Source of the DNA: Sedimentisphaerales bacterium
GTDB taxonomy: Bacteria > Planctomycetota > Phycisphaerae > Sedimentisphaerales > SM23-30
DNA: 64,000 nt
Direction of reading: 5' to 3'
NCBI GenBank assembly: GCA_963663805.2
Contig: CAXXMR010000012.1
Span: 160,001-224,000 of the forward strand
In this document: piece after piece, positions 10,552 through 20,007 of the stretch
How the letters are laid out: each line of letters starts with the position of its first letter
Position numbering within the stretch: position 1 is the first letter of the stretch
Made by a program: the position numbers and the translations under genes
The notes under the pieces: generated by a model
Told to the model about the DNA's origin: nothing
Seen by the model: only the letters and a program-made list of their open reading frames with translations
Databases searched by the model: none

Positions 10552-11196
10552 ATGATGATTGATATGGGCTCAGAAATTTTCCTCCAGGTTCCGGATAACC
10601 TGAAAAAAGTCGTTTTACACTCCGGAAAGGTCGTGGACCACGATGAGGAATACTTCACCGTGGATTTCGGATTTGATATGGAAGATGGCCAGGAAAAGGC
10701 CGTTCCCGTCCAGCCAGAGCAGGAAGTACTTATTTTCTGTGAAGTCCGAGGCGAGTTTATGAAGCACTCCGCCCGAATCACCGAAATCCTCCAGAGCGAA
10801 CCGGCTCCTGTCATTCGCTACGAAAGCACCAGCCAACTGGTTTCTGCCGAAAACCGCCAGTGTTATCGGGCCTCAACCGTTATTTCCGACATGTTTATCA
10901 AATTCGGCCCGGAAGAACGTTGTCCGTTATTGGACGTTAGCGCCTCCGGCTTCGCCGTAATGTCAGAAAAAAGTTACAATGTCGGCGAGACTGTCGACGT
11001 CGTTATCGAATTTGACGGCAAACAGTACACCGGCTCCGGCAGCATCCAGAGCATCGACTACCGCCAGCCAGGCCAGGTAAGATACGGCCTGCTCGGTATG
11101 GGCAGCAAAGCAGGTGACAATCTCGTAAAAGGCCTCGCCCACATCACCATGAACATACAACGCCAACAGCTACGCAGACTCGCCGGTGCAGTATAA
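10552..11196 (+). CDS. PilZ domain c-di-GMP-binding protein (YcgR-like architecture)
   Basis: RxxxR (NRQCYR) and DxSxxG (LDVSASG) motifs; GGAG before ATG 10552. Confidence 0.85.
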   Translation: MMIDMGSEIFLQVPDNLKKVVLHSGKVVDHDEEYFTVDFGFDMEDGQEKAVPVQPEQEVLIFCEVRGEFMKHSARITEILQSEPAPVIRYESTSQLVSAENRQCYRASTVISDMFIKFGPEERCPLLDVSASGFAVMSEKSYNVGETVDVVIEFDGKQYTGSGSIQSIDYRQPGQVRYGLLGMGSKAGDNLVKGLAHITMNIQRQQLRRLAGAV

Positions 11197-11323
11197 GTTT
11201 AATATAGCTCTTTAAATTTACGACATGGGGGCAAGGGCAGCAGGCAGATTCAGGTTGTATACTGAAATCTGTAAGCTGTCCTTTTTTTGATTTATAAACT
11301 CATATTCTGCCGAAAAAGTTATT

Positions 11324-12526
11324 ATGCTAACATCACGCAAAATGAATTTCGGTCGATACGACTACGCTGCCTTCATGAGCTTCATCTCCTACGCTGCCGG
11401 CTCGGTAGTTGTTCCCGTCGCACTGGTACAGGTCGCTCGCGAACTTGGTTTTAATTTAGCCGAAGGAGGTTTTTCCGCCGGCGGCGCCCTGCATCTGGGA
11501 CGAACCACAGCGATTGTCGCTGCGATGCTGCTTTGCGGTTTTATCGCCGGACGCTGGGGCAAACGAAAAACCGTGGGATTCTCAGTCGTCCTGATGGCCC
11601 TGGGCATGGCCGCCTGTGCTTTCACACCAACCTACAGCATCCTGTTCCTCGCCCTGCTCATCGCCGGTCTGGGTGAAGGCGTCATCGAAGGACTCACCAC
11701 CCCCTTCGTCCGCGAACTGCACCCCGAAGAAGCAGGTCGCTATATCAATTTCTCCCACGCTTTCTGGTCCGTCGGCGTACTCACCACCGTTCTTATCTGC
11801 GGATGGCTTTTATCACGGGAAGTCTCCTGGAGAATACTCGTCGCCGCCGTCGCGGTTTTAGGATTCATAACTTCGCTGATAATCCTGCTGCCCGAAAGCA
11901 AAGGCCGCCAATATCCCGAACACCCCGAACCCATCCATTGGAAAACAGTCTGCTACCACGCTCAACAAATTTTTCACGTCAAACGATTCTGGATTTTCTT
12001 CGCTGCCATGTTCCTGGCCGGTGGCGGAGAATTCTGCCTTACATTCTGGTCAGCCAGCTATATCCAACTCCACTTCAATACCGCCGCCTGGGCCGGAGGA
12101 GTCGGTACCGCCTGCTTCGCCGCCGGAATGGTACTGGGCCGAACCGGATGGGGCTATATCATCAAACAACATCAGTTACGCAATCTCGTTTTATATTCCG
12201 CTCTGGCAGGCTCTGCCATAACCGTAACATTCCCCCTGCTGAATAACCTGTGGCTGTTTTTCCTGATGCTCTTTTTCGCCGGAATCGCCACCGCACCCTT
12301 CTGGCCCAGCATCCAAAGCTACGCCGTTGACCAGATGCCCGCCAACGACACCACCATGCTGCTGATTCTTCTGTCATGTGCCGGAATACCCGGCTGCGGA
12401 GTATTCACCTGGCTGATGGGATATATCGGAAACCTAACCGGCAGCCTCAACGCCGCCTTCTACCTGGTCCCCGCCTGCTACCTTATCCTGGCTACCCTGA
12501 TAGCACTGCCAGCCAGAAGCAAATAA
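11324..12526 (+). CDS. MFS transporter
   Basis: About 12 TM segments, motif A-like GFIAGRWGKRK. Confidence 0.88.
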   Translation: MLTSRKMNFGRYDYAAFMSFISYAAGSVVVPVALVQVARELGFNLAEGGFSAGGALHLGRTTAIVAAMLLCGFIAGRWGKRKTVGFSVVLMALGMAACAFTPTYSILFLALLIAGLGEGVIEGLTTPFVRELHPEEAGRYINFSHAFWSVGVLTTVLICGWLLSREVSWRILVAAVAVLGFITSLIILLPESKGRQYPEHPEPIHWKTVCYHAQQIFHVKRFWIFFAAMFLAGGGEFCLTFWSASYIQLHFNTAAWAGGVGTACFAAGMVLGRTGWGYIIKQHQLRNLVLYSALAGSAITVTFPLLNNLWLFFLMLFFAGIATAPFWPSIQSYAVDQMPANDTTMLLILLSCAGIPGCGVFTWLMGYIGNLTGSLNAAFYLVPACYLILATLIALPARSK

Positions 12527-12576
12527 CTCCGCCGCAGGTACCCACCACGTCATTCACTTTTGCCTTCCGACTGTCT

Positions 12577-13899
12577 TCACTTCAATTCATCCCAGAGTTT
12601 ATCTTCAGCCTTCTTGAACTGACCGAAAGCGGTCTCCAGCTCCGCGACTATCGTATCAATTCGCTCCTTATCAAGAGTAATTGTTTCACCCGATGCTTCG
12701 AGTACGGCCTTCAGACGCAGCGACACCGCGTCGAGCTGTTCAGCACCTGCCGCGAACGCACCCGCCGAATCAATCACCCCCTGAATATACTGTTCATCTT
12801 CACCCGGCTTATACAGCAGTCGCCACGGGGCCCGCCGAATCTCACGACTAACCAGCTTCAGATTCGCCGAAATCTCATGAAAATTCCGCACCGTACTGCT
12901 GATAGTATCCCGATTCAAACGAATCGTATCATACCCTTCCTGGGCCAAAGCCTTAATCTTGGCAATCGCTTCCTGGGCAATCTCAACACCATCGTCAGCC
13001 TTCTTGAGAATATTTTTAACCTGCTCCAGAATCTCGGCCATTTCCTCTTCCAGGGTACCTGCCGTATTGCGAACCGAAACGACGGCCTCGTTGATAATCG
13101 GCTTGTTCGTCACAATAACATCCTGAATCTCCGCCAAATCCGTATTCAGCTTATCCAAAGCAGCGTGAACCTTGGCCAAAGCACTGGTATTCGTATCCGC
13201 CGTCATCTCCCGATTAAGCGACCCCACAACATTATCAAACCGGTCTAGAATACTATGCACCTTGACCATCAGCGTTTTCTTATCCTGGGTCAGCTCCGTC
13301 TGAGCGTTGATATTACCGCTCAACTGCTGCAAATTCGCCGCGATATCCAGCAAACGATACATCAGTGAATCCGTATTCTGCCCCGAAAGCTGATAAACCA
13401 GACCTTTGGGGTTCTCCGGGTCCAGCACCTGCTTGAAATTCTCGATAGCTTCGGTAATACTCGGCTCAAAAGCCAGCTCCAGCACCGCCCCGTCTGGAAT
13501 AACCGCCCCCTCAGAACCAATATCCTTAATTACCAGCGATGACTGCCCGCCCAAAACATTACTGTACGCCGAAAGCACACAATCATCACGCAACTGATAT
13601 TCCTGAGGCATAGTCATCGTAAAATAAACATATATCTCCGGCAACTCACCATCCGCACCGGGCTTGTTCTCGATATAAGTATCGCTAACCGTGCCTATCT
13701 TGGCCCCACCTAGAAAAATAGGACTGCCCGCCATCAAACCCTTCAAGCCCACCTGATAAGGCTGCTGAACTGTAACATTGCGTTCCGCGACAAAAAGATT
13801 CGACCAGTCCGCCAGCTTAACAACAATGATTATCGCCAGTATCAGCGAAACCATCACCGTAAGACCGACAGTTACTTCATTCCGAACTTTCTTAGACAT
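12577..13899 (-). CDS. MlaD/MCE family protein with long coiled-coil
   Basis: N-terminal RNEVTVG plus TM, GLMAGSPIFLGGAKIGTV, C-terminal PWRLL. Confidence 0.82.
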   Translation of the reverse strand: MSKKVRNEVTVGLTVMVSLILAIIIVVKLADWSNLFVAERNVTVQQPYQVGLKGLMAGSPIFLGGAKIGTVSDTYIENKPGADGELPEIYVYFTMTMPQEYQLRDDCVLSAYSNVLGGQSSLVIKDIGSEGAVIPDGAVLELAFEPSITEAIENFKQVLDPENPKGLVYQLSGQNTDSLMYRLLDIAANLQQLSGNINAQTELTQDKKTLMVKVHSILDRFDNVVGSLNREMTADTNTSALAKVHAALDKLNTDLAEIQDVIVTNKPIINEAVVSVRNTAGTLEEEMAEILEQVKNILKKADDGVEIAQEAIAKIKALAQEGYDTIRLNRDTISSTVRNFHEISANLKLVSREIRRAPWRLLYKPGEDEQYIQGVIDSAGAFAAGAEQLDAVSLRLKAVLEASGETITLDKERIDTIVAELETAFGQFKKAEDKLWDELK

Positions 13900-13959
13900 A
13901 ACATTTTTTCCGTATAAATATCAATCTATCTCACCTGATTCTACAAGGCCCGCCGAAAA

Positions 13960-14823
13960 CTAAAACTGCTCCGCCGGCCCCATCAGAATATCAACCACAT
14001 AATCTTCATCATCACGCCGTTTCGTAATCGGCCCGGTCGCCTGCCCACGCAAAAACTGACGTATCAGCAAATCCGTCTCGCTCGTCAGCGATTCTTCGTC
14101 ACTGTCACGCAAAATCTCAAAATCCTTACGCGGCCCAATCCTCAACGCCTTGCCTTTATCCAGCATACACATCTTATCAGCTATCGTAAACGCCGAATCC
14201 ATTTCATGCGTCACCACCACACTGGTAACATTCAGCTTCCGCGTCAGGTCGATTATCAACTGGTCAATCTGAGCACTGGTCACCGGGTCAAGCCCCGCCG
14301 AAGGCTCATCATAGAACAATATCTGCGGGTCCAGAGCGATCGCCCGCGCCAGCCCCGCCCGCTTTTTCATGCCGCCCGACAACTGAGCCGGCATCTTATC
14401 GGCGTGCTCCCGCAGATTCACCAGCTCCAGCTTGATCTTCACCATAATATCTATCGTAAACGGGTCCAAATCCGTATGTTCCCGCAACGGCAGCGCCACA
14501 TTCTCCGCGATCGTCAGAGAACTTATCAGAGCCCCCGACTGAAATAAAATCCCGAACTTCTTGCGAATATCATCAAATGCCGATTCCGCCATATTGGTGA
14601 TTTCCTCACCAAAAATCTTGACCGACCCCTTATCAGGCGTAATTGAACCTATCAGATGCCGCAAAAGAGTACTCTTACCACACCCCGAGCCCCCCATAAT
14701 GACCATAATCTCCCCACATGGTATGTCCAGATTAATCCCGTCCAGTACCCGCTGAGCCCCAAAGCTCTTGGTAAGGTCACTAATCGCGATTGCGGGTTCT
14801 TTATATTGTTTGTCAGAAACCAT
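13960..14823 (-). CDS. mlaF: MlaF/Mkl-type ABC transporter ATP-binding protein
   Basis: GGSGCGKS, LSGGMKKRAGLARA, YDEPSAGLDP. Start re-called at 14823. Confidence 0.85.
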   Translation of the reverse strand: MVSDKQYKEPAIAISDLTKSFGAQRVLDGINLDIPCGEIMVIMGGSGCGKSTLLRHLIGSITPDKGSVKIFGEEITNMAESAFDDIRKKFGILFQSGALISSLTIAENVALPLREHTDLDPFTIDIMVKIKLELVNLREHADKMPAQLSGGMKKRAGLARAIALDPQILFYDEPSAGLDPVTSAQIDQLIIDLTRKLNVTSVVVTHEMDSAFTIADKMCMLDKGKALRIGPRKDFEILRDSDEESLTSETDLLIRQFLRGQATGPITKRRDDEDYVVDILMGPAEQF

Positions 14824-15049
14824 TTTTACTCCGATGATTTTGCAATATTCTAACGCTGGCGGAAAGTTATAGCAATTATTTGTTAAGGCACCGCTCATCC
14901 CGACACTTTCCATTCTGTCATATCGGCCCGGCCCCAGAACCCACACAAAAAAACACACTGCTTAATCTGGGCAATCTAGGCGATCCAGGCAATTACAGAA
15001 ACCCGAAATCCTGCCCCCGCCCCCAAAACCTACATAACGGGGATGATTC

Positions 15050-15078
15050 TTGACGGGCCCCGCCCGCTGGGCTAGACT
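15050..15078 (+). promoter_or_regulatory. Putative sigma70 promoter
   Basis: TTGACG-N17-TAGACT, about 40 bp before the ATG at 15120. Confidence 0.55.
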
Positions 15079-15119
15079 CCAACTTTTGAATGTTTAAGCG
15101 AACAACGTATGGTTTCCCC

Positions 15120-15983
15120 ATGACAACCGCGTGCCAGAAAACTAAACGCTATCAAGCCTTGGCGAACCTTGAGCTTATCGCTCCGGGCCGCGGATGTCGA
15201 ATATGGCTGCCCCAAAATGACCAGGCCGACCGCTCGGCGATTCAGAAAATCACCCAATTCCTGCTTGGCAAACCAAACCCAAAAATTAAATCGGAGATTC
15301 TCCGCCGCCATAAGCGAGTGACTGTTTACCGCTTCCACCACAACAACCAGACCTATATCGCCAAAACCTTCACCCTAAAACGCTTCAAAGACAAACGCCA
15401 TCACGGTCGCTTCGCCCTGGCCGAGTTTACCAACCAGCAAGCCGCTCAAAAACTCAATATCCCCGTCCCGCGTTACAATGCGTATTTTGAAAAAAGCATC
15501 CTCTCCGGCACCTTCGTCAGCTTCTGCGGCGTAATCATGCAGGACCTCTCACCGGAATATATCCCGCTCCGCCAAGCCCTCACTCCCGGCTCCGCGGAGA
15601 TCATAAACATAATCCCCACCCTGACAGACCTCTGCCGCAAAGGCATCAACCACATCGACCTCTCGCCCGACAACATTTTCATTAACGACCGCCGCCAAAT
15701 CAAAATCATCGACTGGCAATACTGCGAGTTCTTCGATAGACCCAACCCCAACCAACTGCTCATCGTATCCGGCCAGTTCCTCCGCTCCGCCGCCATCCCG
15801 CCCCACAGCGAACTATGGAACAAATGGCTCAGGGAAATGTTCCATCAGGCCCGACCAAATCTAACCTTCGAAAAATTCGAAGAACAAACTATCAGATTCT
15901 ACCGCAGCAAGTACAACACCGACGACCGCCTAAACCTTAACCTCGACCACCCCAAAAGCATAATTGAATTAGGAAATCCATGA
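15120..15983 (+). CDS. Kdo/WaaP/InaA-like lipopolysaccharide (sugar) kinase
   Basis: YIAK, EFTN, IPVP, HIDLSPDNIFI and IIDW kinase-fold motifs. Confidence 0.72.
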   Translation: MTTACQKTKRYQALANLELIAPGRGCRIWLPQNDQADRSAIQKITQFLLGKPNPKIKSEILRRHKRVTVYRFHHNNQTYIAKTFTLKRFKDKRHHGRFALAEFTNQQAAQKLNIPVPRYNAYFEKSILSGTFVSFCGVIMQDLSPEYIPLRQALTPGSAEIINIIPTLTDLCRKGINHIDLSPDNIFINDRRQIKIIDWQYCEFFDRPNPNQLLIVSGQFLRSAAIPPHSELWNKWLREMFHQARPNLTFEKFEEQTIRFYRSKYNTDDRLNLNLDHPKSIIELGNP

Positions 15984-17173
15984 TATACTGGTTCAGAAAA
16001 CGCAAACTGCTCAAAAAATGGCGCAAGAAGCGTAAACATAAACAAACCATCCGCCTGCATATTTCCGATGTTCTGGGCTTCCTGAAAAAGATCGAGCAGC
16101 ACAATATCCGCTACCTCATTCTCCGCTGGTTCGAGGAAGTCCCTCCAGACCTCCAGGCCGAGCAAAGCACCACCGAAGATGCCGACCTGCTCATCGACAT
16201 GGATGACTCCCTCGACATCATCGCCGAGCTCGCCGCCCGCCAGCCCGGCCAATTCTGCTGCGACCTCTACAGCCCCACCGGACGACGCGGCGGCTCCTAC
16301 CTCGGCTCGCCCTATTACCCCCCCATCATCGCCGAACAAATCCTCAACAGCCGCATCCGCCACCCCCGCGGCTTCTACATCCCCGACCCCGAAACATATT
16401 TCCATTCATTAGCCTATCATCTCGTCTATCACAAAGGCCTCAAAAGTGGCATCGAATCCGGCTGCCCCCATAAATCCATCACCAACCCCAAACGTAACTA
16501 CGCCTCTCTGCTCCAGGAGATAGCTTCTCAGGCCAATATCCCCCTGCCCGAAAAACTAACCCTGCTCAGCCTCCACGAAATGCTCAACGAAAAACTCTGG
16601 GCCATGCCCTACGACCTCATCGAACGCTGGCCCGTGAAAAGCCCCTGGCACGAGTTCCTGCTGCAATACGAACAGGACAAACTCGCCCCTGCCGCCGAGC
16701 AACTGCCCGAACTCATCATCTTTTTCGTGAGAGACTCACTCATCTCCCACGGCGAAGAAAAACTCATCTACGAAATGCTCCGGGAGAAGTTCCGCATCCT
16801 CATGCTCCACGAGCTGACCGCCCCGCAAGTCAATTCGGTAATCCGCCAAACCCGCGGCGGCAACTGGCTGCTCTACAAAAGCACCAAAATGGACAACCCC
16901 GTCAAGGTCGTATTCTGCTACGACGACAACCCCGTCCCCATCGACGAAAACGACCACGAACGCCGCCGCCTCTACCCGCTGGTCACCAACGAAAACGTAT
17001 TCCACAAACACACCATCCGCAAACACATCACCGAAAAGCTCGGCCTCGACAAAATGGCCTACGGCATACACAGCAGCGACAACAAATACGGAGCAATCCA
17101 CATGCTCCAGGCAGTCTTCGGCCCCCAATGGGCCCAAATCCACCAACAGTTAATCGAAAAAGCCCGCCGCTAA
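15980..17173 (+). CDS. Hypothetical protein with nucleotidyltransferase-like N-terminus and NDK-like C-terminal motif
   Basis: YLILRW...EDADLLID; C-terminal TRGGNW...IHSSDN; ATGA overlap with the kinase gene. Confidence 0.55.
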   Translation: MIYWFRKRKLLKKWRKKRKHKQTIRLHISDVLGFLKKIEQHNIRYLILRWFEEVPPDLQAEQSTTEDADLLIDMDDSLDIIAELAARQPGQFCCDLYSPTGRRGGSYLGSPYYPPIIAEQILNSRIRHPRGFYIPDPETYFHSLAYHLVYHKGLKSGIESGCPHKSITNPKRNYASLLQEIASQANIPLPEKLTLLSLHEMLNEKLWAMPYDLIERWPVKSPWHEFLLQYEQDKLAPAAEQLPELIIFFVRDSLISHGEEKLIYEMLREKFRILMLHELTAPQVNSVIRQTRGGNWLLYKSTKMDNPVKVVFCYDDNPVPIDENDHERRRLYPLVTNENVFHKHTIRKHITEKLGLDKMAYGIHSSDNKYGAIHMLQAVFGPQWAQIHQQLIEKARR

Positions 17174-17199
17174 GCCGCACCGAAACTTTGCCAATCGAC

Positions 17200-17272
17200 A
17201 TGGCAACTATTTACCAGAGCCGCATACGGAAGCAAGCGGTGCCGTTAAAAATCCGTGTAATCCGCGGTCAAA
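17200..17272 (+). repeat. REP-like composite repeat (long hairpin plus 9-mer tail)
   Basis: ATGGCAACTATTTACCAGAGCCGCATACGGAAGCAAGCGGTGCCGTTAAAAATCCGTGTAATCCGCGG, nearly identical to 62835-62913. Confidence 0.85.
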
Positions 17273-17280
17273 TAAAACTT

Positions 17281-19146
17281 TTATTCCACACGCCGCGAAT
17301 GACGTTTCCGGTCCACTTCCTTCAGATACCGTTTGCGAATCCGAATAGCCTGCGGCGTAATTTCCACCAGCTCATCATCCTGGATATATTCCAGGCATTC
17401 TTCCAAAGACATAATCCGTGCCGGACGAACCCGCGAAGCGTCGTCCTTGCCCGCGGCGCGGACATTACTCATCTGTTTTGCCTTGACGACATTAACGGTA
17501 ATATCCTTGTCTTTGCAGTGTTCGCCCACAACCTGGCCTTCGTAGACATCCTGACCCGGCTTGACAAAGAACATGCCGCGGTCATAGAGGGCATCCAGGG
17601 CATAAGACGTAACCTGCCCAGTTTGCGTCGCGATCATCACGCCGGCCTGACGCTGCGGAATACTGCCCCGCATCGGACCATAACTTTCAAAGGTATGGTG
17701 CATTATCGCCCGCCCCTGGGTAGCGTTGAGCATTCGCGCGTGCAAACCAAAAAGACCACGGGCCGGAATCATGAATTCCATATGGATAAATTCGCTGGCA
17801 CCGGTTTTGGTGTCCATCTTCAGCATCTCGGTCCGCCGTTCGCCCAGCAGACTCATCACCGAATTCTGACAGTCCCGCGGACAATCCACCACCAGCAGCT
17901 CTATCGGCTCCTGCCGCCGCCCGTCAATCTCACGATAAATCACATTCGGCTTGCCCACACAAAGGTCATAATCCTCCCGTCGCATATTCTCCAGCAGAAT
18001 ACCGATATGCATCAAGCCGCGACCCGAAACCCGAAATTCCTCCGGAGTTGCACCCTGCTCCACCCGTAAAGCCACATTGTGCTGCAATTCTTTCTGTAAC
18101 CGTTCAAATATTTCCCGACTGGTAACCGAGCGTGTCCCGTTTTTGCCCGCGAACGGGCCATCGTTCACACGAAACGTCGTATGCATCGTCGGCTCATCAA
18201 CCGCGATAATCGGCAAAGCGCAGGGCTCGTCCGCACAGGCAATTGTATTGCCTATGTCAACCGGGTCCAGCCCCGAAATCGCACAAATATCACCCGCCTG
18301 AACCGAGGCCGCACGTTTCTTGCCCAAACCCTCAAACTGGTGAATATGCAGAATCTTCTGCTGGGTATGTTTGCCTTGACGGTCAATCACCGTCACCGGC
18401 TGACCCTCGGCCAGCCTGCCCGCAAATACACGCCCAACAGCAATACGACCCACATAATCCGAATACTCCAGCGTCGTTACCAGCATCTGAGGCGGGGCGT
18501 CCAGTACGCCTTTGGGATGAGGGACATACTTAATAATCGCTTCAAAAATGGGACGCATATCTTTGTTGCCGTCATCCATAGCCTCACGAGCCCAGCCCTC
18601 TTTCGCCGATGCGAAAATTATCGGAAAATCCAGAGATTCGTCATTAGCGTTCAGTTGAACCAGCAAATCGAAAACTTCATCTACCACATCATCGGGCCGC
18701 GCGTCGGGCCGGTCCGCTTTGTTCACCACAATGATAGGACGCAAACCATGCTCCAAAGCCTTACCCAGCACAAAACGAGTCTGAGGCATGGGCCCTTCAA
18801 AAGCATCCGCCAGAAGAATTACCCCGTCAGCCATCTTCAATACCCGCTCGACCTCACCCCCAAAATCCGCGTGGCCCGGCGTGTCGATAATATTGATTTT
18901 ATATTCTTCACCCGTAGGCGTATGGTATGTCACCGAGCAGTTCTTGCTCAGAATCGTAATCCCCCGTTCCCGCTCCAAAGGATTTGAGTCCATTATCAGG
19001 CCATGCTGACCGCCCGCCAGCTTGTCCAGATCCTCATTCCGAAACATCCCCGACTGATATAGCAGCTGGTCAACCAGCGTTGTCTTGCCATGGTCAACGT
19101 GAGCGATTATCGCGACATTACGTATAGTTTCAATTTCTCTGGTCAT
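17281..19146 (-). CDS. typA: Translational GTPase TypA/BipA
   Basis: IRNVAIIAHVDHGKTTLVD, ERERGITILSKN, DTPGHADFGGEVER, DDELVEITP. Start re-called at 19146. Confidence 0.96.
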   Translation of the reverse strand: MTREIETIRNVAIIAHVDHGKTTLVDQLLYQSGMFRNEDLDKLAGGQHGLIMDSNPLERERGITILSKNCSVTYHTPTGEEYKINIIDTPGHADFGGEVERVLKMADGVILLADAFEGPMPQTRFVLGKALEHGLRPIIVVNKADRPDARPDDVVDEVFDLLVQLNANDESLDFPIIFASAKEGWAREAMDDGNKDMRPIFEAIIKYVPHPKGVLDAPPQMLVTTLEYSDYVGRIAVGRVFAGRLAEGQPVTVIDRQGKHTQQKILHIHQFEGLGKKRAASVQAGDICAISGLDPVDIGNTIACADEPCALPIIAVDEPTMHTTFRVNDGPFAGKNGTRSVTSREIFERLQKELQHNVALRVEQGATPEEFRVSGRGLMHIGILLENMRREDYDLCVGKPNVIYREIDGRRQEPIELLVVDCPRDCQNSVMSLLGERRTEMLKMDTKTGASEFIHMEFMIPARGLFGLHARMLNATQGRAIMHHTFESYGPMRGSIPQRQAGVMIATQTGQVTSYALDALYDRGMFFVKPGQDVYEGQVVGEHCKDKDITVNVVKAKQMSNVRAAGKDDASRVRPARIMSLEECLEYIQDDELVEITPQAIRIRKRYLKEVDRKRHSRRVE

Positions 19147-19327
19147 ATACCCGTTCTTAACCTTTCTATCTGTAAAGTAACGCGTCAGTCTATCACCACC
19201 CCCCAAATTGTCAAACTATAAATAACGTTGGTCCAGGGCAATCGCATGAAATTCAGCTTGAAGCTATGTTTAGATAAAAAAGCAAGGTAAGCCAAAATAC
19301 GCTTCAAAAAGACCCCAAACAACAACA

Positions 19328-19353
19328 GAAGCCGAGCTGCGTAAGCAGCCGGA
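19328..19353 (+). repeat. REP-like short hairpin copy
   Basis: GAAGCCGA-GCTGC-GTAA-GCAGC-CGGA. Confidence 0.8.
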
Positions 19354-19375
19354 TTGAACACCAAAACCCCTTTTT

Positions 19376-19715
19376 TGTGTCGTTGTTTGAAACCGGATGT
19401 TCGGGATGAAGTCGATCATCGCCTATCATGCGAATCATTCGCGGGAAGGCTATCGGCGGTTGACTCATATGATGATGGACAATATCGTTGGTCGGCGAAA
19501 CGGACGCAGGCTCTGCAAAGGTGCAACCTGCCAGGGATAGCCAGGCCAGGGCGACGAATTGTCGTGGGGGTGGCAGTTATACACCTGCCGCCCCAGGTGT
19601 GAGGCGTTCGGCAGACAATTCAGAGCCTTCTTATGCCTTTAAAAACCTCTTGCCGAAGGCAAGTTTAAGAGTTAATCGTGAAAGGCATTTGTCCAATTTA
19701 CGCTGAACCAATACA
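19376..19715 (+). mobile_element. Internally deleted IS3-family remnant (MITE-like)
   Basis: TG...CA ends with imperfect inverted repeats; peptide relics KPDVRDEV and IIAYHANHSREGYRRLTHMMMD in different frames, recalled as IS3-family OrfB-like. Confidence 0.6.
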
Positions 19716-20007
19716 CCAGAAAACGCACATTTCTTCGAAAAAATCACCCAAAATACGAAAAAATCGTCAAAAACCGGTCGTTCCAGGCACGATCGCGCTG
19801 GAAAATAGGCAGTATAGCGTTAAATATCCGCGATTATGCCACCATAAAATAAAGACTTACAGCAATTTCCTCTACGTAAAATAAGCACTTACCACCCCAA
19901 AACAACGCGATTCCGCTGCCGGAAATCGCCGCGTTATCGCCTCAATCTTAATCTGAACATACGTTTTTCAGTTGTTCATTGTTGGCATTCTGACTAAAAT
20001 GCCCACC

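Noticed and set aside
19354..19884. Three short ORFs (82, 72 and 68 aa)
   Set aside because: They overlap the IS remnant and an A-rich spacer and have no credible RBS.
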